The notes below the pieces were generated by a model, which searched no databases, had not been told where the DNA came from, and saw nothing but the letters and a program-made list of their open reading frames with translations. Position numbers and translations under genes: made by a program. From Actinomycetes bacterium (lineage in GTDB: Bacteria; Actinomycetota; Actinomycetes; Actinomycetales; Cellulomonadaceae), in the NCBI GenBank assembly GCA_023425905.1, contig JAFABT010000010.1:1-28627 (forward strand): a stretch of DNA of 28,627 nt, given 5' to 3'. How positions within the stretch are numbered: position 1 is the first letter of the stretch; the number at the start of each line of letters is the position of its first letter. This document shows positions 17,016 to 28,300 of the stretch, piece after piece.

Positions 17016-17280
17016 GGTGGGGCCGTTTCTCTTGCAGGGGGGAGAAGTGCGCATGGGTCACGTCGGGCTAGGCCCGCACGTCGCCGTCCCGCACGAATCG
17101 ACCACCTCTCGGGGGCGCCACGCACCACCCGGACCGGTCCACACACTGAGCAGCAGGATTCCGCGACAGAGCTCCTGGATCGTCCCCATCGTACTGGGAG
17201 GACGTCGCTCACGACGGGAGGCCCGGAGTGAGGTGGCGCACAGCAGGTGCGACCGCGCCGCCCTGGCCTAGGGTTGCGGC

Positions 17281-18777
17281 GTGCCCCAGCCTCGTCTCAC
17301 CGGCCCGGTCCGGTCCGCAGTCCCCGCCGCACCCGCAGACACCGAGAGAGAGCGCCGGGCGCGCGTCCTCCTGGAGGGCTTCGCCGCGGTGCGCGCCGAG
17401 CACGGCGTCGAGGTCGAGCACGTCGCGGCTGCGCGCGCCGCCGCCGCGGAGGCCGTTCGACGAGGTCCGCGCCCGGCGCCTCGTGAGGATGCCCGCGACC
17501 TCCCTCTCGTGACGATCGACCCGGTGGGCTCCCGCGACCTCGACCAGGCGGTGCACATCGCGCGGCGCGGCGACGGGTACCGGGTGAACTACGCGATTGC
17601 CGACGTCGCGGCCTTCGTCGACATCGGCGATGCGCTCGACGTCGCGGCGCACGACCGCGGCGAGACCGTGTACTGCCCGGACGTGCGCGCGCCGCTCCAC
17701 CCCGCGGAGCTGAGCGAAGGGGCCGCGTCGTTGCTCCCGGGTGAGGACCGCCCTGCGGTGCTGTGGACGTTCGACCTCGACGCAGACGGGGTCGAGGTGG
17801 GTACGCGGGTCCGGCGGGCGATTGTGCGGTCCCGCGAGCAGCTCGACTACGGCACGGTCCAGGCGCGCTCCGACGCCGCGGGGGTGCCTCGTGGCGTCGG
17901 AGCGGGCGTGGTCCCGCGCGGACGGAGCGAGGACCTTGCCGTGCTGCTGCCCGAGGTCGGGTCACGCCGGACGGTCCTCGAGCGCGCGCGTGGCGGCGTC
18001 CACCTCGCGCGCCCCGAGCAGGAGGTCACGCTCGGCGCAGAGGGCTGGACGACGACCTTCCGTGCCTCGCTGCCCGTGGAGGAGCACAACGCCCAGATCT
18101 CCCTGCTCACGGGGATCGCGGCGGCACGTCTGATGATCGACGCGGAGGTCGGGATCCTGCGCACGATGCCGGCGGCGCGTGACGAGGACCTCGCGCGACT
18201 CCGACGGCAGGCGCTGGCGCTCGGCGTCGAGTGGCCGAGCGGCGTCAGCTACGGAGAGCTCCTGCTTGGGCTGGACCATTCTCTTCCCGAGGTCGCGGCA
18301 TTCCTCGTGGCGGCGACCCGGCTCTTCCGCGGTGCAACGTGGTCCGCGTTCGATGGCGCTCTTCCCGAGGAGACCCGGCACGGCGCGATGGGGACCTCCT
18401 ACGCGCACGTCACCGCCCCGCTGCGCCGGCTCGTCGATCGTCTCGGCCTCGAGACGTGCGTCGCGGTCGACGCGGGGGAGGAGGTCCCGGAGGCCGTGCG
18501 TGACGCCCTGCCCGGCACCGCAGCGGCGATGGTCGCGGGGGCGCGGCGCTCGAACGCCGTCGACCGAGGCTGCACCGACCTCGTGGAGACGGTCGTGCTC
18601 GCCGACAAGGTGGGTCACGTGCTCGATGCCGTCGCGGTGACGGACGACACCGTGCAGCTCGTGGACCCTGCCGTCGTCGCGCGGTGCGAAGGCGAGCTGC
18701 CGGTAGGCGATGCGGTCCGGGTGCGGCTCGTCGAGGCAGACCCAACGACGCGGTCAGTCCGGTTCGTCGTGGCCTGA
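17281..18777 (+). CDS. RNB-domain ribonuclease (RNase II/R family)
   Basis: VTIDPVGSRDLDQA, YAIADV, RGETVY, GAASLLPG, YAHVTAPLRRLVDR. Confidence 0.92.
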   Translation: MPQPRLTGPVRSAVPAAPADTERERRARVLLEGFAAVRAEHGVEVEHVAAARAAAAEAVRRGPRPAPREDARDLPLVTIDPVGSRDLDQAVHIARRGDGYRVNYAIADVAAFVDIGDALDVAAHDRGETVYCPDVRAPLHPAELSEGAASLLPGEDRPAVLWTFDLDADGVEVGTRVRRAIVRSREQLDYGTVQARSDAAGVPRGVGAGVVPRGRSEDLAVLLPEVGSRRTVLERARGGVHLARPEQEVTLGAEGWTTTFRASLPVEEHNAQISLLTGIAAARLMIDAEVGILRTMPAARDEDLARLRRQALALGVEWPSGVSYGELLLGLDHSLPEVAAFLVAATRLFRGATWSAFDGALPEETRHGAMGTSYAHVTAPLRRLVDRLGLETCVAVDAGEEVPEAVRDALPGTAAAMVAGARRSNAVDRGCTDLVETVVLADKVGHVLDAVAVTDDTVQLVDPAVVARCEGELPVGDAVRVRLVEADPTTRSVRFVVA

Positions 18778-18883
18778 CCCCGCGTGCACTGCCCGAACCG
18801 TAGGGTGGAGCAGGGCGGACGGTGCGCGTTCGCGGGGTCCCGCGCGCGGCAGCACCGGTGCACGCGGTTGAACAGGAGGACAC

Positions 18884-19507
18884 GTGAGCGAGCAGGTCGA
18901 CGCCGTCGTCGCACGGGAGCGGGTGTGGACGGTGCCGAACGCGATCAGCGGGCTGCGCCTGCTGCTCGTCCCGGTCTTCGCGTTGCTCATCGCCCAGCAG
19001 ACCCCGTCGTACGATCTCGCCGCCTTCGCCGTCCTCGCGTTCGCTGGCTTCTCGGACTGGCTCGACGGCGTCATCGCGCGGCGGTTCGACCAGGGGTCCC
19101 GCCTGGGGCAACTCCTCGACCCGGCAGCCGACCGCCTCTACATCCTCGTGACGCTCGTCATGCTCGCCTGGCGCGACATCGTCCCGTGGTGGCTCGTCGT
19201 CGCCCTCGTCGCACGCGACGTCATGCTGGCGGCACTGCTGCCGCTGCTTGCGCGGCGGGGGTATGGGCCGCTGCCCGTCCATTTCGTCGGCAAGGCAGGG
19301 ACCTTCGCGCTGCTCTACGCCTTCCCGCTGCTGCTCCTCACGACGTGGTCCGGGTGGCTGGGCACTGTCGCGTACGCCACGGGGTGGGCCTTCGCGCTGT
19401 GGGGGACCGGTCTCTACTGGCTCGCGGCAGTCCTCTACGTGCGCCAGGCCGTCGCGCTGCTCGCACAGCCGGACGTGCCCGAACAACTGTCTCCGGGATC
19501 CGCATGA
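18884..19507 (+). CDS. pgsA2: CDP-alcohol phosphatidyltransferase (PgsA2 / eukaryote-type cardiolipin synthase-like)
   Basis: TVPNAIS, DWLDGVIARR...G..LDPAADR; SD CAGGAGG; same position as Rv1822 in the mycobacterial cluster. Confidence 0.9.
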   Translation: MSEQVDAVVARERVWTVPNAISGLRLLLVPVFALLIAQQTPSYDLAAFAVLAFAGFSDWLDGVIARRFDQGSRLGQLLDPAADRLYILVTLVMLAWRDIVPWWLVVALVARDVMLAALLPLLARRGYGPLPVHFVGKAGTFALLYAFPLLLLTTWSGWLGTVAYATGWAFALWGTGLYWLAAVLYVRQAVALLAQPDVPEQLSPGSA

Positions 19508-20430
19508 CGAGGCGCGGCCCGTCAGGCCCTCGGGAGCGGGTGACGGGTGTGAATCCTCGTCCCGACCGGTCGATGACGCTCCTCACCGAGATGATGGAGC
19601 GTCCGCTCGACCCCGGGTACGCGGAGGCTGCGGCCCGGCGGGCGCGGGGTGGGCAACCGCCTACGACGGCGCTCAGCGTCCTGGGGTTCGGAGCGCTCGC
19701 GATCGCGCTCGGCTTCGTCGGTGCGACGGCGTCCGCGACCCTGCGTGCACCGCAGGCCGACGTCACGTCCGCACGGACGCTGCTCGAGTCCGAGGTGACC
19801 GCCAGGACGGCGGAGGCAGACGCCTTCCGTGCGTCGCGCGACGCCCTTGCGGGTGAGGTGCTCACGCTGCAGACCGCAGCGCTCGAGGGGACGGACGAGG
19901 ACCTGCTGCGCTACCTCGAGCGCACGGACGGCTCCGCAGGCGTCGTCCCGGTCTCGGGTCCCGGGGTGCGCGTCACCCTCGCCGACGCCGCAGACGACCA
20001 CGGCGCCGACAGCTGGATCCAGGACGGCGACATCCAGGTGGTCATCAACGGGCTGTGGAGCGCCGGGGCGGAGGCGATCGCCATCAACGGCCACCGTCTC
20101 ACCTCCCTCGCCGCGGTCCGCGGCGCGGGCGACGCGATCCTCGTCGGGCTCGTCGCGCTCTCAGGCCCTTACGTCATCGAGGCGATCGGCGATCCTCAGC
20201 ATCTCGAGCCGGACTTCGCACGGACGGCCGCCTACCGCTATCTCACGATGCTCCGGACGACGCACGGCCTCACCGCCCAGGTCACCGGCGTCGACGAGCT
20301 GCGCCTGCCTGCTGCCTCAGGCGTGGCCGTGCGCTACGCGACGCCCACGGGCTCGGTGCCCTGGGAGCGCGGGGCGGCGCAGGACCCCTCGACAACGACC
20401 TCAGTCACCACGGAGGATGACTCCCCATGA
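19504..20430 (+). CDS. DUF881-family protein
   Basis: PLDPGY, TM segment, coiled coil, GPGVRVTLAD, VINGLWSAGAEAIAINGHR; ATGA overlap with the pgsA2 stop. Confidence 0.88.
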   Translation: MTRRGPSGPRERVTGVNPRPDRSMTLLTEMMERPLDPGYAEAAARRARGGQPPTTALSVLGFGALAIALGFVGATASATLRAPQADVTSARTLLESEVTARTAEADAFRASRDALAGEVLTLQTAALEGTDEDLLRYLERTDGSAGVVPVSGPGVRVTLADAADDHGADSWIQDGDIQVVINGLWSAGAEAIAINGHRLTSLAAVRGAGDAILVGLVALSGPYVIEAIGDPQHLEPDFARTAAYRYLTMLRTTHGLTAQVTGVDELRLPAASGVAVRYATPTGSVPWERGAAQDPSTTTSVTTEDDSP

Positions 20431-20759
20431 TCGCCGCACTCGGACTCGTCATCGGCGTCGTCGCCGGGCTCGTGCTGCAGCCGACCGTCCCGATCGAGCT
20501 GCAGCCCTACCTCCCCATCGCCGTGGTGGCGGCCCTCGACGCGCTCTTCGGCGGGCTGCGCGCCTACCTCGACGGGATCTTCGACGACCGGGTGTTCCTC
20601 GTGTCGTTCCTCTTCAACATCGTCGTCGCCGCGCTCATCGTCTTCCTTGGTGACCAGCTCGGCGTCGGGACCCAGCTGTCGACGGCCGTCGTCGTCGTGC
20701 TCGGGATCCGCATCTTCTCCAACGCGGCGGCGATCCGCCGTCACGTGTTCAAGGCATGA
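20427..20759 (+). CDS. Small basic protein family (DUF1290/Sbp)
   Basis: PYLPIAVVAALDALFGG...GIRIFSNAAAIRR; ATGA overlaps on both sides. Confidence 0.92.
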   Translation: MIAALGLVIGVVAGLVLQPTVPIELQPYLPIAVVAALDALFGGLRAYLDGIFDDRVFLVSFLFNIVVAALIVFLGDQLGVGTQLSTAVVVVLGIRIFSNAAAIRRHVFKA

Positions 20760-21523
20760 CGACGACCCCCGGCGGCCACCCGCCGCACGCGCACCGCCAG
20801 GACGCGGGGCAGCGCCGGCTGCGCAAGCTGCTCCGGATCCGGCTCACGCGCGCGCACCTCGCGACGACGCTCATGTGCACGCTGCTCGGGTTCGCGCTCG
20901 TCGTCCAGGTGCAGCACACGCAGGACGACCAGTACGCGGGGCTGCGTCAGGGCGACCTCGTCCGCATCCTTGACGAGACGACGTCACGCTCGCGCGAGCT
21001 GCGCCAGGAGATCGCGACGCTTGAGGCGACCCGCCGGGAGCTCGTCTCGGGAACCGACCAGCGGCAGGCTGCGCTCGAGGCCGCGACGAGGCGCGCCACG
21101 ACGCAGGGGATCCTCGCGGGTCAGCTGCCGGCTGAGGGGCCCGGCGTCGAGGTGACGCTCACGGCGAGCGAGGGCGCGCTGCCCGCGATCACGATGTTCA
21201 ACATGCTCGAGGAGCTGCGGAACGCCGGCGCCGAGGTCATCCAGCTCAACGAGGTGCGGGTCACGGCCTCGAGCCACTTCACCGACGGCGTCGACGGGGT
21301 GCTCCTCGACGGGGTGGTCCTCCTCCCGCCCTACCGGTGGGTCGCAATCGGCGACCCCCAGGCGATGGGGCCTGCGCTCGAGATCCGAGGCGGGGCGATG
21401 GCCCAGGTCCGGGCCGCTGGCGGGGACGGAACGGTGCGGCAGGACGACCGCGTGGAGGTGACGGCGATCGCCTCGCTCGCTCAGCCGCGCTGGGCCGAGC
21501 CGATCGACGAGGAGCAGGACTAG
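20756..21523 (+). CDS. DUF881-family protein
   Basis: LLGFALVVQV, DLVRILD, GPGVEVTL, EELRNAGAEVIQ, PYRWVAIGDP. Confidence 0.88.
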   Translation: MTTTPGGHPPHAHRQDAGQRRLRKLLRIRLTRAHLATTLMCTLLGFALVVQVQHTQDDQYAGLRQGDLVRILDETTSRSRELRQEIATLEATRRELVSGTDQRQAALEAATRRATTQGILAGQLPAEGPGVEVTLTASEGALPAITMFNMLEELRNAGAEVIQLNEVRVTASSHFTDGVDGVLLDGVVLLPPYRWVAIGDPQAMGPALEIRGGAMAQVRAAGGDGTVRQDDRVEVTAIASLAQPRWAEPIDEEQD

Positions 21524-21675
21524 ACCCAGGCTGCACGGGGCTGCCTCGACCGCTTAGGCTGGGGCTCTCGGGTGCCGATCCGACAAGCAAGGCGGACAGG
21601 CGGGTTGGCCGATCCACACCCCCGGTGGACGCGGGCGCCGCCCCAGGCAGGCGCAGGACGACGACGGAGGCGGAC

Positions 21676-22164
21676 ATGACGCAGCAGGACCAGGGCCCAG
21701 GTGGTCGCGCGGTGACGCGCGGGGGAGCAGAGACGACCATCACGTTCGGCACGCCCTTCCAGTCCGACCCCGACCTCGTCTCCCACGGTCTCACCGCTGA
21801 CGAGCAGGCGGCCGTCGCCGCTCTTCCGCGGACGTCGGCGCTGCTCATCATGCACCGCGGCCCGAGCGTGGGCGCGAGGTTCCTGCTCGACTCCGAGCGC
21901 ACGCTCGCGGGCCGCAGCCCCGACGCCGACATCTTCCTCGACGACGTGACGGTGTCGCGCAAGCACGCGGAGTTCGTGCGGGAGCTCGACGAGTTCGTCG
22001 TGCGGGACGCAGGCTCGCTCAACGGCACGTACGTCAACCGGCAGCGCATCGATCAGACCCGGCTGCAGCCGGGCGACGAGGTTCAGATCGGCAAGTACCG
22101 GCTGACCTTCCACGTCAACCCTGCTCGTTCGCAGGAGCAGGGCCGTGCGGAGGCGCAGCAGTGA
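21676..22164 (+). CDS. garA: FHA-domain protein GarA/OdhI
   Basis: N-terminal ETT phosphosite motif (AETTITF); FHA core GRSPDADIFLDDVTVSRKHA...GSLNGTYVN; SD GGAGG; -10 TAGGCT at 21555-21560. Confidence 0.92.
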   Translation: MTQQDQGPGGRAVTRGGAETTITFGTPFQSDPDLVSHGLTADEQAAVAALPRTSALLIMHRGPSVGARFLLDSERTLAGRSPDADIFLDDVTVSRKHAEFVRELDEFVVRDAGSLNGTYVNRQRIDQTRLQPGDEVQIGKYRLTFHVNPARSQEQGRAEAQQ

Positions 22165-22976
22165 CCCCTCGCCCCGGGCAGCGGGTGCGTGGCGCGAGCG
22201 GGGTGGCGCAGGAGCTCGATGATGCCGGTCAGCGCGCGCACGGCACCGCGCCAGGTCTACACGTCGCCGAGCCGTGGCCGCACGGGATCTCCCGGCAGCC
22301 GACGATGCGCATCTCCGACGTGCTCGCGGCGCTGTCGGTCGAGTTCCCTGCGGTGAGCACGTCCAAGTTGCGCTTCCTCGAGGACCAGGGACTCGTCACG
22401 CCCTTCCGGACGCCTGCCGGGTACCGCCAGTACAGCCCCGCGGACGTCGAGCGGCTGCGCTACGTGCTGCGACTGCAGCGCGACCGCTACCTCCCGCTCA
22501 AGGTCATCGGCGACCAGCTCGCCGCGCTTGACGCCGGCACGAGCGAGGAGCCGGTCGTCGCTGCACGCCTCGCGACGCGAGACGGCGTCACGCAGCGACC
22601 CGCGCTCGCCGACCGTCGCACGCCGGCTCAGCTCGCCGAGGACGCGGGCGTCGACGTCGCGCTCGTCGAGGGCCTGCTCGACGCGGGAATCATCCAGGTC
22701 ACGGCCGAGGGGCACCTCGACACGTGGGCGCGTCCGGTCGTCGTCGCTGCGGGCGCGCTGCGCGAGCACGGCATCGACCCGCGTCATCTGCGCTCGTTCC
22801 GATCCGCAGCGGATCGCCAAGTCGACCTCATCGAACAGATCGTCACGCCGTTGCGCGGGCAGGGCGGGCCGACTGCCCGAGCGCACGCGGGCACCGTGGC
22901 GGCCGAGGTGGGCGAACTGTGCGCGGCGCTGCACACGGCCCTCGTGCGCGCATCGGTCGCGCGCCTGGCTCCCTGA
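22161..22976 (+). CDS. ftsR: MerR-family regulator (Rv1828/FtsR type)
   Basis: SKLRFLEDQGLVTPFRTPAGYRQY...YLPLKVI; GIDPRHLRSFRSAADR; directly after garA with GTGA overlap. Confidence 0.85.
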   Translation: MTPRPGQRVRGASGVAQELDDAGQRAHGTAPGLHVAEPWPHGISRQPTMRISDVLAALSVEFPAVSTSKLRFLEDQGLVTPFRTPAGYRQYSPADVERLRYVLRLQRDRYLPLKVIGDQLAALDAGTSEEPVVAARLATRDGVTQRPALADRRTPAQLAEDAGVDVALVEGLLDAGIIQVTAEGHLDTWARPVVVAAGALREHGIDPRHLRSFRSAADRQVDLIEQIVTPLRGQGGPTARAHAGTVAAEVGELCAALHTALVRASVARLAP

Positions 22977-23048
22977 CAGAGCTCTCCGCCACCCCGACGT
23001 CGCGTGCGCAGACGGGCCGGTGTCGCACGCGAGGCGTAGCGTGGACCC

Positions 23049-23570
23049 ATGGTGGAGCGCCCGGACGAGATGGTCCCCGTGGAAGTCCTCGGGGTGCGTC
23101 GGCAGCTGCCCGCGGACGAGTACGTCGTCCTCCTGCTCGACTCCACCTCAGACCTCGTCGTCCCGATCGTCATCGGTCCGACAGAGGCGGCGGCGATCGT
23201 CGCCGGCCAGTCAGGCATCGCGCTCCCGCGCCCGAGCACGCACGACCTTCTGCGCGACGTGCTCCTGCTGTCCGGTCGGCAGCTGGCGTGCGCGCTCGTC
23301 GAGAACCTCGACGGGGGTACCTTCATGGGGGCGCTGGTGCTCGACGACGGGACGCACGTCGACGCACGACCGTCGGACGCGATCGCGCTCGCCGTGCGGA
23401 CGGGCAGCGAGGTGCTGTGCCACGCGGACGTGCTCGCGGTCGCGGGTGTCGACCTCGTCCGCAGCTCCTCTGACGCGACGATCGAGCAGTTCAGGGACTT
23501 TCTCGAGCATGTCGAGGCCGACGACTTCGACGCGGGGGAGGGCGCCGCGGGAGGCGAAGCCTCACCATGA
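23049..23570 (+). CDS. Bifunctional nuclease family protein (DUF151, Rv1829-like)
   Basis: PIVIGPTEA, RPSTHDLL, DARPSDAIALA, EQFRDFLEHV. Confidence 0.9.
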   Translation: MVERPDEMVPVEVLGVRRQLPADEYVVLLLDSTSDLVVPIVIGPTEAAAIVAGQSGIALPRPSTHDLLRDVLLLSGRQLACALVENLDGGTFMGALVLDDGTHVDARPSDAIALAVRTGSEVLCHADVLAVAGVDLVRSSSDATIEQFRDFLEHVEADDFDAGEGAAGGEASP

Positions 23571-23626
23571 GGTTGAACCTAAGACTCGCGGGCGCGACAC
23601 GCCGAAAGCGCTCGACGCCGCAGTCG

Positions 23627-23655
23627 TTGACTGCCCCTCCGCGGACCCCTAGCGT
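23627..23655 (+). promoter_or_regulatory. Sigma-A-type promoter of the second MerR gene
   Basis: TTGACT (23627-23632), 17-nt spacer, TAGCGT (23650-23655). Confidence 0.7.
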
Positions 23656-23715
23656 GATCGATGTAGGCAGCACCGGCCCCCGGGCCGCGACGCACGACGA
23701 CCGTGGAGGACACCC

Positions 23716-24297
<582 letters not shown>

Positions 24298-24345
24298 GCG
24301 ACCGTACGGCAGGGCCCTGCGCACAGGACGTGCGCGAAGTCGGGC

Positions 24346-25134
24346 TCAGCGGACCTTGGGGGCGCGCAGCGCGCGCGCGAGCAGCTCGTCGAAGACCTGG
24401 GCGATGTGGTGGGCAGCCCGGCCAGGCCAGTCATGGATGGCCAGGGCTGCTCCCTGGGCCTGCTGGAGGGCGGCCCGCTCCGGAATGTGCGGCGCCAGGA
24501 CGAGCGGGCCGTACAGCTGCGCAAGCTCCTCGAGCCGGTAGCTCTGCTCGATCGAACGGGCCCGCACGCGGTTGACGACGATGCCGAGGGGCTGCGGCGT
24601 CGTCGCCCCGATGGACCGTCGCACGTCATCCACGGCCCGCATCGCGCGCCCCACCGCCATGACCGAGTAGAGACCCGGCTCGGTGACGACCGCCACACGG
24701 TCGCACGCCGCGAGACCGGCGCGCGTGATCCCGCCGAGCGACGGCGGGCAGTCGACGAGAACGAGGTCGTACTGGCCCACCATCGAGAGCGCCTCGCTCA
24801 GATGGCCGGACTCACGCGCCGCGACCTCCGGCCCGTCGTGGTCGGCCGAATCAGCGCTGCCCATCATGACGTCGAGCCCGGACTCGACCCAGGTGCTCGG
24901 CGCGATCGCTCGCTGCACCGTGTCGAAGCTGGGACGGGTGAGGACGGCGGCGACGTCGAGGCGTCGCTCCTCGTCCGCAGGTGCAGGGGCTAGAGACATC
25001 GTCGAATCGCCCTGCGGGTCCAGGTCGATGACGAGGGTGCGCAGACCCCTGACCATCGCGGCCGAGGCCAGCCCGAGGGTCACCGACGTCTTGCCCACAC
25101 CGCCCTTGAGGCTGCACACACCGAGAACCAGCAC
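24346..25134 (-). CDS. ParA-family ATPase (orphan)
   Basis: Deviant Walker A SLKGGVGKTS, DLDPQG, DCPPSLG; no parB nearby. Confidence 0.9.
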   Translation of the reverse strand: MLVLGVCSLKGGVGKTSVTLGLASAAMVRGLRTLVIDLDPQGDSTMSLAPAPADEERRLDVAAVLTRPSFDTVQRAIAPSTWVESGLDVMMGSADSADHDGPEVAARESGHLSEALSMVGQYDLVLVDCPPSLGGITRAGLAACDRVAVVTEPGLYSVMAVGRAMRAVDDVRRSIGATTPQPLGIVVNRVRARSIEQSYRLEELAQLYGPLVLAPHIPERAALQQAQGAALAIHDWPGRAAHHIAQVFDELLARALRAPKVR

Positions 25135-25325
25135 GAAGCCACCGTACCGGGCAGGCGCGCCGCGTCGCGCGTGCGGTCGTCGGCCAGGGCCCGGTCATGG
25201 GACTATCGTCCCCGGGTCAAGGACCGGTTGCCGCGATATCGCGAGGCCGCGTCGTGGTCTGCACACGCACGCGCCCGGCTCGGCCGGTACCGTGCGCCCC
25301 ACGTGACGATGGAAGAGGTGGATCT

Positions 25326-28300
25326 GTGTTCTCGAAGGTGCTCGTGGCCAACCGGGCCGAGATCGCGGTGCGGGCATTCCGTGCCGCCTATGAGCTGGGG
25401 GCCCGGACCGTCGCGGTGTTCCCGCACGAGGACCGCAACTCCGAGCACCGCCTCAAGGCGGACGAGGCGTACCCGATCGGGGAGATCGACCACCCGGTGC
25501 GGGCCTACCTCGACATCGACGAGATGGTCCGGGTCGCCAAGGAGTCCGGCGCCGACGCGGTGTACCCGGGCTACGGCTTCTTGTCCGAGAACCCCGAGTT
25601 CGCGCGCGCCTGCGCCGCAGCCGGGCTCGTCTTCGTCGGCCCGCCGGCCGAGGTGCTCGAGCTCGCCGGCAACAAGGTGAGCGCGCTCGCCGCAGCCCGC
25701 GCCGCCGGCATCCCCGTCCTGCCCTCGAGCGCGCCGTCCTCCGACGTCGACGAGCTGCTCGCCGCGGCGGACGAGGTCGGCTTCCCGATCTTCGTCAAGG
25801 CGGTCGCCGGTGGTGGCGGCCGTGGCATGCGCCGCGTGGACACGCGCGAGGAGCTGCCCGAGGCGCTCAGCGCGGCGATGCGCGAGGCGAAGGGCGCCTT
25901 CGGCGACCCGACCGTGTTCCTCGAGCGCGCCGTCCTGCGGCCGCGCCACATCGAGGTGCAGATCCTCGCGGACGGTGCGGGCAACGTCGTCCACCTCTTC
26001 GAGCGTGACTGCTCGGTGCAGCGCCGGCACCAGAAGGTCATCGAGATCGCCCCGGCGCCCAACCTCGACGAGGCCACCCGTGAGGCGCTCTGCCGCGACG
26101 CGGTCGCGTTCGCGCGGGCGATCGGCTACCAGAACGCCGGAACGGTCGAGTTCCTGCTCGACACGGTGGGGGAGCGTGCGGGGGAGCACGTCTTCATCGA
26201 GATGAACCCGCGCATCCAGGTCGAGCACACGGTGACCGAGGAGGTCACTGACATCGACCTCGTCTCGGCGCAGATGAAGATCGCGTCCGGCATGACGCTC
26301 ACGGACCTCGGCATCACCCAGGAGTCCGTCCGGGTCAACGGCTTCGCGCTCCAGACCCGGATCACGACCGAGGACCCGTCGAACGGCTTCCGCCCCGACA
26401 CCGGGCGCATCATCGGCTACCGCTCGCCGGGCGGCGCCGGTGTCCGCCTCGACGGCGCGACGGCGACGGCCGGGGCCGACATCTCCGGGCACTTCGACTC
26501 GATGCTCGTCAAGCTCACCTGCCGCGGACGCGACTACGCGACCGCCGTGAACCGGGCGCGTCGCGCGCTCGCCGAGTTCCGCATCCGCGGCATCCGGACG
26601 AACATCCCGTTCCTCCAGGCCGTCCTGGCCGACGACACCTTCATTGCAGGCGATCTCTCGACGTCCTTCATCGACGAGCGGCCCGAGCTGCTCGCGACGA
26701 GGCGGTCGGCGGACCGTGGCACCAAGCTCCTCGGTTTCCTCGGGGACGTCACGGTCAACCGCCCCTACGGTCCGTCTCCGGTCACGATCGCGCCGCGCGC
26801 AAAGCTCCCCGAGGTCGACCTCACGGAGCCCGCGCCGCCGGGGAGCCGTCAGCGGCTGCTCGAGCTCGGCCCGGAGGGGTTCGCGCGTTCGCTGCGCGAG
26901 CAGAAGGCACTGGCTGTCACCGACACGACGTTCCGCGACGCGCACCAGTCCTTGCTCGCCACGCGCGTGCGGACGTACGACCTCGTCACCGCCGCGGGCC
27001 ACGTCGCGCGCACGACGCCGCAGCTGCTCTCGGTCGAGGCCTGGGGCGGGGCCACGTACGACGTCGCGCTGCGCTTCCTCGGGGAAGACCCGTGGGAGCG
27101 GCTGGCGAGCCTGCGCGAGGCGCTGCCGAACGTCGCGATCCAGATGCTGCTGCGCGGCCGCAACACGGTCGGCTACACGCCGTACCCGACCGAGGTCACC
27201 GAGGCGTTCGTCCGGGAGGCCACCGCGACGGGGATCGACATCTTCCGCATCTTCGACGCGCTCAACGACGTCGAGCAGATGCGCCCCGCGATCGAGGCCG
27301 TGCGGGCAGCTGGTTCCCCGATCGCCGAGGTCGCCCTCTGCTACACGGGCAACCTGCTCGACCCGGCGGAGGACCTCTACACGCTGGACTACTACCTCCG
27401 CCTCGCGGAGCGCATCGTCGAGGCAGGCGCGCACGTCCTGGCGATCAAGGACATGGCGGGGCTCCTGCGTCCCGCGGCCGCCGCGACGCTGGTCAGTGCG
27501 CTGCGTGAGCGCTTCGACCTCCCGGTCCACCTGCACACGCACGACACGACGGGCGGGCAGCTCGCGACGCTGCTCGCGGCGAGCGACGCCGGGGTCGACG
27601 CGGTCGATGCCGCCTCCGCCGCGATGGGCGGCACGACGAGCCAGCCGCCGATGTCGGCGCTCGTCGCGGGGCTCGAGCACACGGGCCGCGACACCGGTCT
27701 CTCTCTCCAGGCGGTCTGCGACCTCGAGCCGTACTGGGAGTCGGTGCGTCGTCTCTACAACCCGTTCGAGTCCGGGCTCCCGGGCCCGACCGGTCGAGTC
27801 TACGAGCACGAGATCCCGGGCGGCCAGCTGTCGAACCTGCGCCAGCAGGCGATCGCGCTCGGGCTGGGGGACCAGTTCGAGAAGGTCGAGGCCACGTACG
27901 CCGCCGCCGACCGCATCCTTGGTCGTCTCGTCAAGGTGACCCCGTCGTCGAAGGTCGTCGGGGACCTCGCCCTCGCGCTCGTCGGGCGCGACGTCGACCC
28001 TGCCGACTTCGCGAGCGACCCCGGCTCCGTCGACGTGCCGGACTCCGTCATCGGGTTCCTCCAGGGCGAGCTCGGGACGCCTCCGGGCGGGTGGCCCGAG
28101 CCTTTCCGCACGCGTGCCCTCGCCGGCCGCGCCTCGCACGCCCCGCGTGTCGCCGAGCTGACGGCACAGGACCGGGCGGACCTCGAGGGGGACGCGGCGA
28201 CCCGCCGCAACCGGCTCAACCACCTGCTCTTCCCGTCGCCCACGAAGGACTTCGAGCAGACAAGGGCGACGTATGGCGACGTCGCGGTCCTCGACACGAC

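Noticed and set aside
15072..17231. 719-aa plus-strand ORF, and similar long ORFs at 1150-3402, 3521-5047, 5161-6462 and 8877-10721
   Set aside because: They overlap well-supported genes on the opposite strand and give Arg/Gly/Val-rich translations without motifs.
17509..17550. DLDQA instead of DxDDA in the RNB motif as a sign of a dead enzyme
   Set aside because: The other three Asp, including the essential D209 equivalent, are present, and I recall this variant as common in actinobacterial RNB proteins.
24346..25134. ParA as evidence of a plasmid or integrated replicon
   Set aside because: No parB, parS or rep gene; it sits among core genes between MerR and pyc.
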